IMG/VR virus record: IMGVR_UViG_3300034072_002211
Span: 186,001 to 250,000 of that record
Direction: 5' to 3' (one strand)
Length of the DNA stretch: 64,000 nt
The position numbers and the translations under genes are program-made. Within the stretch, counting starts at the first letter, position 1. Each line of letters opens with the position of its first letter. The notes under the pieces were generated by a model, which was not told the DNA's origin, did no database searches, and saw only the letters and a list, made by a program, of their open reading frames with translations. Positions 53,648 through 61,760 of this stretch are shown here, piece after piece.

Positions 53648-53902
53648 TCAAATCAGGGCCCAGGGCGTTCCGTTCTCATCACGGATGCGGGGAAGAGATC
53701 GGTCCCAGATCTTTTCCGCATAGACCGTTGCGTAGGGGTCGCCGAGGTCGATCAGTAATTCGAGGTGCTGGGTTTCAGGATCTTTGCTGGCCTGCCACTG
53801 ATAACCAGCGACGATGACCCAAGCAATGAACGTGAGCCAGATACCAAACGCTATCAACATAGACTTCCCCTTTTTACCTTCGATAAAATCTAGATATAGC
53901 AC
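53648..53902 (-). CDS. small membrane protein (start probably MLIAFG)
   Basis: TM segment. Confidence 0.55.
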   Translation of the reverse strand: MLYLDFIEGKKGKSMLIAFGIWLTFIAWVIVAGYQWQASKDPETQHLELLIDLGDPYATVYAEKIWDRSLPRIRDENGTPWALI

Positions 53903-53915
53903 AACGCCTTGCTAA

Positions 53916-54224
53916 TCAAGACTCCAGATTATCGACATAAGTGAGCTTTGTCAACAACATATCCCGGCCACAATCCAACCAGCATTGAAGCATAGCCATG
54001 AAATCCTTAGAGAGAAGGATCTTCACGACCTCATCTCCTACGACGTCCTCGTTGTCGTTGGCCGCTTTGCGCGCGAAGAGTATGTCCTCGAACAGCTCGT
54101 TATAGCTCTTGCCCGCTAATCTCAGGGCCGCAAGCTCACGAGCCTCATCGCTGAGTGCTTGAAAATCCTTGAAGCTGTCGCGGGCTCTCTGGGGTTCTCC
54201 CGCGGACCAACCAAAGGGAAACAT
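53916..54224 (-). CDS. hypothetical protein, tandem paralogue
   Basis: GEP...SFK.FQ.L; CWLDCG.DMLLTKL. Confidence 0.65.
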   Translation of the reverse strand: MFPFGWSAGEPQRARDSFKDFQALSDEARELAALRLAGKSYNELFEDILFARKAANDNEDVVGDEVVKILLSKDFMAMLQCWLDCGRDMLLTKLTYVDNLES

Positions 54225-54616
54225 CAGTAATCCTCATGCCATGCAAGCTTTGCGGCCAGCATATTACACCCGTGATCCACATAGCAGCGAACCATCTGAC
54301 AACGCACAGGACTATCAATGAAGCGCGATAGTCTCAATGAGAGCTCACCAATGCTAAGAGTCTGGTCCACATCGTAGCGATTGACCATGAATTGGGTGGC
54401 GGTAGTCTCGTCGGGCCAACGGCCGCCCTCCACCCAAGCATCCTGTTGCTTGGTCACATAGACCAGAGCCCTCCGAACTAGGTCCGGAAGGTCCTGGAAT
54501 ACTTTGAAGGACTCACCACGCGGTTCACCCACTTGTGAGATGAAGCCGCTGACGCAAGGCATTACTTGCCATACCAGTGAGGGGTGCGGAGCCGCGGGTC
54601 GAACTGGCCAACCCAA
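54224..54616 (-). CDS. hypothetical protein, tandem paralogue (start probably near 54562)
   Basis: GEP..ESFKVFQDL; CYVDHG.NMLAAKLAW. Confidence 0.65.
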   Translation of the reverse strand: MGWPVRPAAPHPSLVWQVMPCVSGFISQVGEPRGESFKVFQDLPDLVRRALVYVTKQQDAWVEGGRWPDETTATQFMVNRYDVDQTLSIGELSLRLSRFIDSPVRCQMVRCYVDHGCNMLAAKLAWHEDY

Positions 54617-55113
54617 TGGTCCCTGAACTTTGCCACCGTCAAGTGGAGACCAAAGTTGTAGGGCAGGTTGAACTCTTCGGCGCGGAGATCAAGAAGCCAG
54701 GGGCACTTGACGTCCACAAAGAAGAACTCACCCTTGGCGCACTGAACATGCGGGCTGTAGAGGAAATCAACCTCACGGCCCTGATACTTGCCCCACAGGG
54801 CCTGCCGGTGGTGCTTGGGCACATTGCGGAGATCACCCTCGCCGCGCAAGATGCTGATGTGCGCGTCGTAGCTGGGCTGAAGAACACCGTGGCCCTCAAC
54901 GCCAGTCATGTTGATGAGCTCACGGTCGATGAACCAGCGGAACAGCCGCGTGATCTCGCGGTCCACTTCCAGAACCAACCAACCTGTGGTGTTGCTCTTG
55001 TTGGCCCGCTTGGGATCATAGACCAAGCGACCCCGTGACTTGAGCCAGCCGGGCTCGCTCATCATGAGCTTGGGGCGCTGAATCTCGCGCCGAGCGGGAG
55101 AAAGAATCGTCAT
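54562..55113 (-). CDS. 2H phosphoesterase
   Basis: two HxS/T motifs: AHISI and LHLTV. Confidence 0.75.
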   Translation of the reverse strand: MTILSPARREIQRPKLMMSEPGWLKSRGRLVYDPKRANKSNTTGWLVLEVDREITRLFRWFIDRELINMTGVEGHGVLQPSYDAHISILRGEGDLRNVPKHHRQALWGKYQGREVDFLYSPHVQCAKGEFFFVDVKCPWLLDLRAEEFNLPYNFGLHLTVAKFRDHWVGQFDPRLRTPHWYGK

Positions 55114-55158
55114 GTCACCTGTTTAGCACAGGACTGGTGTGAGTCAACCAAAGAAAAA

Positions 55159-55183
55159 GGAGAGCGGGACAAGCCCGCTCTCC
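55159..55183 (-). terminator. intrinsic terminator
   Basis: GGAGAGCGGG/CCCGCTCTCC plus T-tract. Confidence 0.8.
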
Positions 55184-55208
55184 ACCCTGGTGCGACCCTC
55201 AGGGTAAC

Positions 55209-55583
55209 TTATGCGGCTTCGACAAACTTGCGCTTGCCATGATCCCAGTCGTAGGACTTGCCGCCCATACGGAGCGCCACGAGCGCCTCGAGGTTGATGT
55301 TGCGGAACGCGCCCTTCTCGAGCTCATCCTCGCTCTTGCCGGCGTTGTGAGGCGCCTTGGGATCCAGCTTCTGCATATCGAACACAGTGAGCAGGTTGTG
55401 CTTCGCGGGATCGTAGCTCTGACCGACTCCCTTGACACCCTTCTTCACGCCCCGGCGGCAGTTCATCGTGCGGAGGCTGGGCTCACCGGGCTTTGCGGTG
55501 CGCTTGACGAAGTCCACGGTGAAGAGCTGACCGCCCTTGGTGTTCTCGAGGAACTGATCCAGCGTCATTTCGGCGCGTGCCAT
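55209..55583 (-). CDS. SH3/Sm-like (WYL_2-like) protein
   Basis: FTVDFVKR...RTMNC...VFDMQK...FRNINL; ends FVEAA. Confidence 0.65.
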   Translation of the reverse strand: MARAEMTLDQFLENTKGGQLFTVDFVKRTAKPGEPSLRTMNCRRGVKKGVKGVGQSYDPAKHNLLTVFDMQKLDPKAPHNAGKSEDELEKGAFRNINLEALVALRMGGKSYDWDHGKRKFVEAA

Positions 55584-55650
55584 TGTGCGATCTCCCTAAA
55601 GTTGATACAGATCAAATAACAGGGAAATCGCACCTTGTCAACCGCGCATC

Positions 55651-56109
55651 TTACTTCGATCTGCGAGCAGCCTTGCGAGCCGCTGCTCTTGCCCCTGCTC
55701 CCTTGATCATCGCTGCGGGCCGCTGAGCCCTCAAGAGGCGGGAAATGCGAGGAGTTGTGCCTGACGTGCTTGTTTCCTTGGGAGGCATTGAGACGTGCTC
55801 TGCGCCCTCGGGATTGATCCGCTTGATGCGGTCGGAACCCTTGGGAGCAATGGTGAGCTCATGGTCACAAGCCTTCAGCATAGCTCGCACGGTAGCAAGC
55901 TGCGGGAACATCGTTTCCCTGTAGAGCCACTTGCTGATCGTCTGTGGGGTTGGACCCCCGCGTTCATGAACCCGCTTGAAGGAGTGGCCCGAGTTGAGGA
56001 CCACCGCCACACAGTCGTCCCTCAGATCCTCGAGGTCCGTCAAAGGTTCACGCTTCATTGGTACTTTTCGTGCCACCGGTCGATCTCCTAGAGTTGCGGC
56101 AATTCCCAC
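55651..56109 (-). CDS. XRE-type HTH regulator
   Basis: TPQTISKWL...PQLATVRAMLKA. Confidence 0.65.
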   Translation of the reverse strand: MGIAATLGDRPVARKVPMKREPLTDLEDLRDDCVAVVLNSGHSFKRVHERGGPTPQTISKWLYRETMFPQLATVRAMLKACDHELTIAPKGSDRIKRINPEGAEHVSMPPKETSTSGTTPRISRLLRAQRPAAMIKGAGARAAARKAARRSK

Positions 56110-57422
56110 TTGACCTTGATCGTGCCGCCCTTTGTGGGCTTACGCTTGCGGAAAGCAAGGAAGCCCCTAAAGAGCAATTCGATCTTCTGTTCCCTCACAA
56201 TACCACTGAGGTCCATCAGCTTCTCGCGAGTAATGTAGGCCGCGCTGTCAGCTGCGATGTTCACGCCAGTGATGACCTGCTCCAGGAATTCCTTGGCGTC
56301 CTTCTCGTCCACCTTCATGAATTCATAATAGCAGAATCCCACCACACTCGGCGGAGCGAGACGCTTGGCCTTGTTTCCAAACTTGTAGGGAAACTGAGCG
56401 GCTTCGTCGATCAACCGATCGTCTTTGGCCCGCTCATAAACATCTGGTCCCGAGATGCGATTGAGGTTCGCAAATCCTCGTCCCTCGTTGCGCTCATAAG
56501 AGAGCACAAAGCGGCTGATAGCTGCCATCGTGGTGGGCTGAGTGAATCCATCTGCGCTCAACTGATCGTGTGGACCACGGTTGGCACCAGTGTCCACGGT
56601 CTTGCGCGTTTGCCGCTCAACACCAAAGACGAACAGCACGGGAATGCCAATGCCAGTTTCGAGGACCGCATAGCTGCGATGCTGGCCATTGTTCATCAGC
56701 CCTTCCTTGCTGATGATGATCGTCTCGCCGTTGAACTCCCAGCGGTTGTTCGCAATGTCGTCCACATATTGAGCCAACTTTGCGATGCGGATCGGCCGGT
56801 TGCCCTCATTGTTGTCGATGAGCACCTGAGCCAGAGCCGGCGTGAGAATTGCCTGCTCAGTGTGGACTTGCCGATTGCCCATCTTGACGCGAGTGTTGAA
56901 CCACGCCGTTGCGACCTCGGGATCGTTGAGGTCTCCTGCGTCAGCAGTCTGTTCCTCGAGAATGTCTTCCTGGAAGTGGGTGGCGGGGAAGTGATGCTCA
57001 GGATCAGCTTCTCGCTTCAACGCTTCCACATCCATGAACGCGTCGGTCACATTGTCGGGAAGATCTCCCTTGAATGCGATCCGATTGTGCTCAGGATCAT
57101 ATTCACCCATGAGCTTTTGCGCCGTCATCTCTGTCTCTGGCGTCTTGATGCCAGAGAGATGATGCTCGCCCAGGCTTGATGCCCAGGCAAAATTACCCCG
57201 CACCGCATGGCTAAGCTTGACGCCCTCTTGCCCCAGCTGAGCGGTCAGGACACCCGACTGCTGACTGAGCCGGACCTTCTGGTAATCCTCAGGAACGTGC
57301 TCGAGGAACTCTTTGCTAACGCCCAGGCTCCAGACCAGTCGGGGCGTTGCTTTGCTGCCCATTCGCAATGCGCTCAAGCGCATGTCAACTGGGATTGTTC
57401 GTTCTGCCGTGATGCTAGTCAC
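56088..57422 (-). CDS. ParB/Srx-like N-terminal domain protein
   Basis: ILTPALAQVLIDNNEGNRPI...W.FNGETI...NGQHRSYAV. Confidence 0.7.
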   Translation of the reverse strand: MTSITAERTIPVDMRLSALRMGSKATPRLVWSLGVSKEFLEHVPEDYQKVRLSQQSGVLTAQLGQEGVKLSHAVRGNFAWASSLGEHHLSGIKTPETEMTAQKLMGEYDPEHNRIAFKGDLPDNVTDAFMDVEALKREADPEHHFPATHFQEDILEEQTADAGDLNDPEVATAWFNTRVKMGNRQVHTEQAILTPALAQVLIDNNEGNRPIRIAKLAQYVDDIANNRWEFNGETIIISKEGLMNNGQHRSYAVLETGIGIPVLFVFGVERQTRKTVDTGANRGPHDQLSADGFTQPTTMAAISRFVLSYERNEGRGFANLNRISGPDVYERAKDDRLIDEAAQFPYKFGNKAKRLAPPSVVGFCYYEFMKVDEKDAKEFLEQVITGVNIAADSAAYITREKLMDLSGIVREQKIELLFRGFLAFRKRKPTKGGTIKVKWELPQL

Positions 57423-57663
57423 GAGTCTTCTCCGATCTCACAAATGCGACCATGCGGTCGGTAAAAGACTTCTCCACGGATTCACGCTCCGTGGTGAAGT
57501 GTTCAAGGGCTTCAGCGAGGTTGGGGTTCAGTTCTGGGTCAAAGAAAAGCAGAATTGCTCGACTTGCCAGAACTTGCTTCGTCATCCCCGTTCGCTTGCT
57601 CACCACATCGAGGGCACTACTGGCCTCTCTGGTGATGGCTACACTGGTATGGGTTGACGTCAT
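57415..57663 (-). CDS. ribbon-helix-helix-like protein
   Basis: TSVAITREASSALDVVSKRTGMTKQVLASRAI. Confidence 0.6.
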   Translation of the reverse strand: MTSTHTSVAITREASSALDVVSKRTGMTKQVLASRAILLFFDPELNPNLAEALEHFTTERESVEKSFTDRMVAFVRSEKTRD

Positions 57664-57718
57664 GTGGGCCTCTCGTTTGGCCCACAGAACTTATAGAGCT
57701 GCTATAACGTGTCAATAG

Positions 57719-58156
57719 TCAAGCTATAGACGAAATCTCGCGCTCCAAAATGTCATCAGCAACTGAGAAAAGTTGTGCTTTTTGAACGAGTTGTAGAGCT
57801 ATCGGTGTGGAACGGGTAGGATGATTGAGTTCAAGACTGATGAGGCAGGTCCTATAACTGAACAAGTCAGTAGCCTCAACATTACCGAGGTTTATCAGCA
57901 AATGAAAGTGCCTGAACTCGGCTTTGCGAGCCTCAAGAACATCCTTGAACCGCTGTATAAACCACGGTCCACCAGCCCTCGCGATCATGCCTTTGTCAGC
58001 AAAGAAGCGACCCTTGGGCTCATGCTTCATGAGTTCAAAACCCAACATGGGTGTGGTGAGGCAGATGCTTGTGTGATTGTTGGAGAACCTGCCCAGGAAC
58101 TCCTGTCCCCTGAATATGCGGGCAGTATCAACGACGTTAGGAACTAGCTTGCTCAT
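57719..58156 (-). CDS. hypothetical protein
   Basis: 145 aa, lower GC. Confidence 0.55.
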   Translation of the reverse strand: MSKLVPNVVDTARIFRGQEFLGRFSNNHTSICLTTPMLGFELMKHEPKGRFFADKGMIARAGGPWFIQRFKDVLEARKAEFRHFHLLINLGNVEATDLFSYRTCLISLELNHPTRSTPIALQLVQKAQLFSVADDILEREISSIA

Positions 58157-58424
58157 GCGCCTAAGCTACAGATAATGACGGGGAGGACAAGCCTGAGCCT
58201 CTCCTCCCCGTCACCGTTAGCCTGTTTACCTAGCACGTCTATGTCGGGTCGCAAGTCAACATAGACGCTACTATCCCGCACTCCTCTGCGCCAGGCCAAG
58301 AAACTCTAGAGCCCCCGACGCTGGCCTGTTCGTTCACTGTGGCAAACGACACCCTCAACAGGCCACAAGGACACCGTAGAGCAAGATCCACAGATTTCAA
58401 GCGGTAATTGGCGAAATGCTTTGG

Positions 58425-58919
58425 TTATTGCGACGAGTCGTGCACTTTGGCAGATGAGTGTGTGATAATTGCGACACACGTGAGCACAAAGCCCAGGGGC
58501 AAAAACGACCACAATCCGACTCGGACAGCAAGGCTTCCTACCGCCTCGAGGTCTCGGAAAGTCAGATAGCCGGCCATGTGGAACACGAACGCGACAATGA
58601 ATGCCACGAACACTAGCGCCACTGGAATCAGCAGAGCACCCAGCCAGGCTTCGCCGATCTTGCCCATGAGAGTCGTGGGAGCCGGCGGTGCCTGTTCGAG
58701 CACCTTCCAGCCCAACTTCGACGCGGCTTCATCGGCGTAGCGGTCAGCTGATACCTTGTTGCTTGTGAAATATGTGAGGCGCACGTGGACCCCTTCAGGG
58801 GTCTCTAAGTGGCTTTCATAGGACTCTGGCTGCTCCGGCGCGCTGGGCGTCGGAATGAACATCGTGGTCATCTGAGGCCCGTTGGGCCCTTGCGTCACGC
58901 CGAAAGCAATCTGTGTCAT
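58425..58919 (-). CDS. membrane protein
   Basis: two C-terminal TM segments; promoter element upstream. Confidence 0.7.
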   Translation of the reverse strand: MTQIAFGVTQGPNGPQMTTMFIPTPSAPEQPESYESHLETPEGVHVRLTYFTSNKVSADRYADEAASKLGWKVLEQAPPAPTTLMGKIGEAWLGALLIPVALVFVAFIVAFVFHMAGYLTFRDLEAVGSLAVRVGLWSFLPLGFVLTCVAIITHSSAKVHDSSQ

Positions 58920-58954
58920 GTGCCCAAAGATAAACCCTGGGCTCAGAATGTCAA

Positions 58955-59254
58955 CTACATGAAGGTGACACGGAGGTAGGTTGTTTCTTCGGCACGTCTC
59001 GGACCCTGATCTACCACGGGACCCGTGATAGTCTCGAGGTAAGCGAACTCATAGGTGCCGTCCTTGTCCTTGACGGTAGAGAAGAGAAGCTCACGCATCT
59101 GCTTCTTGTTGAGTTCGTTGTCGATGATCATGCGGAAGATTCGCCTACCGTCGTGATCCACAAAGTGGGCGACATTGACATAGATGCCTAGCTTCTCAGC
59201 CACGGCTTCAGTGAGGAGGTGACCAACGGGATAGTCACGCGCGTCTAGGTGCAT
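58955..59254 (-). CDS. hypothetical phage protein
   Basis: GAGG RBS. Confidence 0.7.
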   Translation of the reverse strand: MHLDARDYPVGHLLTEAVAEKLGIYVNVAHFVDHDGRRIFRMIIDNELNKKQMRELLFSTVKDKDGTYEFAYLETITGPVVDQGPRRAEETTYLRVTFM

Positions 59255-59294
59255 AGAGACCTCGTAGGAGAGGGGTTGCTCTCCTACTTAGTCC

Positions 59295-60827
59295 TCATGC
59301 GGCGTAACTGACCTGCCCTTCCCAGTTGCCAACATACTTGTTACCAACCCGCTTCTTGCTGGTCTCGTAAACTGCCAGGACGTCCGGAAGGATGCTGTAG
59401 AGGACATTGATCTGTCCGTCCTGGAAGATCTGCTTACCCGTCTGCCGGTTGACCATTGCGTGAAGGCTGGGGTTGTCAATGGCCATGCGAATCTTGGGAG
59501 CCATGACCTCGAACTCCTTAGCGCCCATCCCGAACCATTCAAAGACCATAGTGGAGATCGTAGCGTTGACCATCACGCCGTGGCCCTTACGGCAAAGTGG
59601 GCAGGTGCTGTTCTGCTTGATGTTGTAAACGTGACCGCAAGGATCGGAGCAGCGAGTCCAGACGTTGTCCTGCTTTGCGTAGGTCTTTGCGCTGATCTCA
59701 CGGTCCTCGCCCTCGAGGACCAAGCCCTTGGCCGCGCGGGGCCACTCGATGGCTTCCACGTAGCCATGCTCCTTGAGGTTGCCCTCGAAGTCGTAGATAA
59801 AGCCTTCGGGCTTGCCCTCACACTTGCGAAGCACTCGGCCGCACATTTGCTGGTAGAACGCAATGTTGCCGACCTTGCGAGTGAGGAAGCAGAACTTGGC
59901 CAGCTTCTCGTCAAAGCCCTCGCAAAGAGCGTCAACGCTGATCAGCACCTCAGTCTCGCCCCGGTGGAAGCGCGCGAAGATTTCCTCACGGACCTTAGCA
60001 GCCTGACGGGGCACATAGTCGACATCACCAACCACACCCTTGCCTGCCGTGACCACCTCGCACTTGATGCCCTCACCCAGGAACTGCGCTTCCAGCATCT
60101 TGCTATGGTTGGTGTCGTCGGTGAAAACAATCGTGCGCTTGTTGGAATGACCAGCAGTGGCGAGCAGCCAGGTCTTCGCCACGTGGGCACCGGGGGTTTC
60201 AAAGTAGCGGGGACGGGCAAGATCACCGCGCGCGATCAGCTCGCTCATTGTGGCCGCGATCACAATGCGATCACCATACCATTCCTCGAGGCTCTCACCC
60301 GGATCGTTCTTCTCACGGTAAGGAGTTGCGGTGAAGCCGACCACCTTTGCGTTGGGCCAGTTCTTGCGAATCTTCTGGAACTCAGCAGCCGTTGCCTTGT
60401 GGGCTTCGTCGAAGAGGATCATTGTGGGAACAAACGAGGGGTCAAAATAGAGATCGTTCGTGACGTTGATGTCCAGGGTGTTGGTCATCGTCTTGGGGAG
60501 AGTCACAAGCAGGTTGCGCTTATAATCACACACAAGCGGATGGCTTTCTGCGCCAACGAGGTAGCTCTCAATTTTGTCGTGGAGGGCGGAGGTCTCAACT
60601 CCAAAGCCATGCTCCATGGTTGCGACCGTCTGGCCCAGGAGGACCTGAAGGTTCACAATAACCAGCACCCGGCCGCCGCGCTGAATTTCCTCATGCGCGA
60701 CATCGCCCATGACCACAGTCTTGCCATAGCCCGTTGGAGCCACCACCAGAGCAGACGGATTTTTCTCTAGCAAGCTAAACACTTGCTTAGTTACGTTGCG
60801 CTGTTCCTCGCGGGGCTTGATTCGCAT
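59295..60827 (-). CDS. SF2 DEAH helicase (RadD/ResIII-like) with C-terminal Zn finger
   Basis: APTGYGKT, DEAH, TATP, EGFD, QMCGRVLR, C..PC..C..C. Confidence 0.9.
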   Translation of the reverse strand: MRIKPREEQRNVTKQVFSLLEKNPSALVVAPTGYGKTVVMGDVAHEEIQRGGRVLVIVNLQVLLGQTVATMEHGFGVETSALHDKIESYLVGAESHPLVCDYKRNLLVTLPKTMTNTLDINVTNDLYFDPSFVPTMILFDEAHKATAAEFQKIRKNWPNAKVVGFTATPYREKNDPGESLEEWYGDRIVIAATMSELIARGDLARPRYFETPGAHVAKTWLLATAGHSNKRTIVFTDDTNHSKMLEAQFLGEGIKCEVVTAGKGVVGDVDYVPRQAAKVREEIFARFHRGETEVLISVDALCEGFDEKLAKFCFLTRKVGNIAFYQQMCGRVLRKCEGKPEGFIYDFEGNLKEHGYVEAIEWPRAAKGLVLEGEDREISAKTYAKQDNVWTRCSDPCGHVYNIKQNSTCPLCRKGHGVMVNATISTMVFEWFGMGAKEFEVMAPKIRMAIDNPSLHAMVNRQTGKQIFQDGQINVLYSILPDVLAVYETSKKRVGNKYVGNWEGQVSYAA

Positions 60828-60911
60828 TTGTTGACTCCGGTTATATCCGATCTCTTGCCACCTGTATAAAGAGGTGAGGCAAGCGAGTCAACTCTGGTTT
60901 TCACCTTTTTT

Positions 60912-61196
60912 TGCTCGATCTAGATTCACCGGTGACTCTATCCCAGCCGAGCCACACCATCCTCCACGAGATCCCGAACCAACCGGGGTACCGCTTCATC
61001 GGACCTCACCGCGCCAGACTACTTTGCTTGGGTCTCGAGCCCCGCCCGTTTCATCTCAGTGAATCGATCTCTGCTGGAGGGGGTCCTCATTCCCTCACCG
61101 AACGGAAGCACCCATGAAAGCAGGATAGGCCGTAGCTAAAGCCGCCGTTCAAAGCACCAAGAACCTGCGGGCTTTCCCCACCTGTTCCTCAGCAGT
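60912..61196 (-). ncRNA. candidate structured ncRNA (~285 nt)
   Basis: promoter TTGACA-N17-TTAACA (61233-61205); long-range helices; GAAA tetraloop. Confidence 0.55.
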
Positions 61197-61248
61197 TATG
61201 GTGATGTTAAGGTGAAACTGCGGTGCTTGTCAAGCTGCCAAACAGAAA

Positions 61249-61694
61249 AGTTTTGGGTTGCAAGACCGGTTTCCCCTCAATCCCGGCACCGCCCCGTCCC
61301 AGGGCCTCACTGATGCGTCCTTGTTGTCGGGCTCAGGCTTTGTCATCATCCCATTTGGCCTAACACGGAAAGCCCTAAGGCTATACCGATGCCGCTGGGC
61401 GTCTTCCTTCCATCTCGCCAGACCACTCATTAGAAAAACACCTGAGCAGTCCCAACGGGGTACGATCCCGTTGCACAACTTGCAACCCAAAACTCCCGAT
61501 TCAATGTCTGGCGTCCACACTACCAGCACCGGCTTGACAGGGCTATTCAAGAACCCCTGGGGACTCCATCCCCTTGCCTAAAGCACCATAGGTGAGCACA
61601 CACTCAACAGGGAATTGAACCCCGCGCCGCTTGAGGATCTGCTTCCACGTCCGGCCGGACCGCTTCCACAGGGCCACGGCCCCATCATCGAATC
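61249..61694 (-). ncRNA. candidate structured ncRNA (~450 nt)
   Basis: promoter TTGACT-N17-TAGAAA (61729-61701); perfect 16-bp inverted repeat 61249-61264/61479-61494; T-arm-like hairpin near 61601-61635. Confidence 0.55.
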
Positions 61695-61725
61695 GTCCTC
61701 TTTCTAAAAGAAAGCCGCGTTCAAG

Positions 61726-61758
61726 TCAAGAAGGGTGGCTAGAAGCCACCCTTCTTGA
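61726..61758 (-). terminator. hairpin terminator overlapping the next -35 box
   Basis: TCAAGAAGGGTGGC/GCCACCCTTCTTGA 14-bp stem. Confidence 0.75.
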
Positions 61759-61760
61759 TA

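Noticed and set aside
1243-60770. Long plus-strand ORFs antisense to minus-strand genes (e.g. 1243..2184, 14651..15526, 28550..29515, 39785..41446, 56058..57179, 59460..60770)
   Set aside because: Shadow frames caused by GC-rich codon bias; they lack RBSs and motifs and overlap motif-bearing genes.
60912-61196. Group I intron or RNase P RNA
   Set aside because: Only partial look-alikes (AAAGTAGTC, GAGGAAC); the paired P7 partner and the P4 consensus are missing, and there is no interrupted host gene.
61249-61494. MITE defined by the 16-bp inverted repeats
   Set aside because: No target-site duplication, single copy in the window, and nested internal helices favour an RNA closing stem.
61230-61550. 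106-aa ORF as a real gene
   Set aside because: No clear RBS, atypical Cys/Trp/Arg composition, and it lies inside a strongly base-paired region; not excluded without Ribo-seq.
61230-61690. tmRNA (GGGGCCG 5' end, T-arm, frame ending LAA)
   Set aside because: The T-arm is not followed by a complementary acceptor strand or CCA, and the order fits neither one-piece nor permuted tmRNA.
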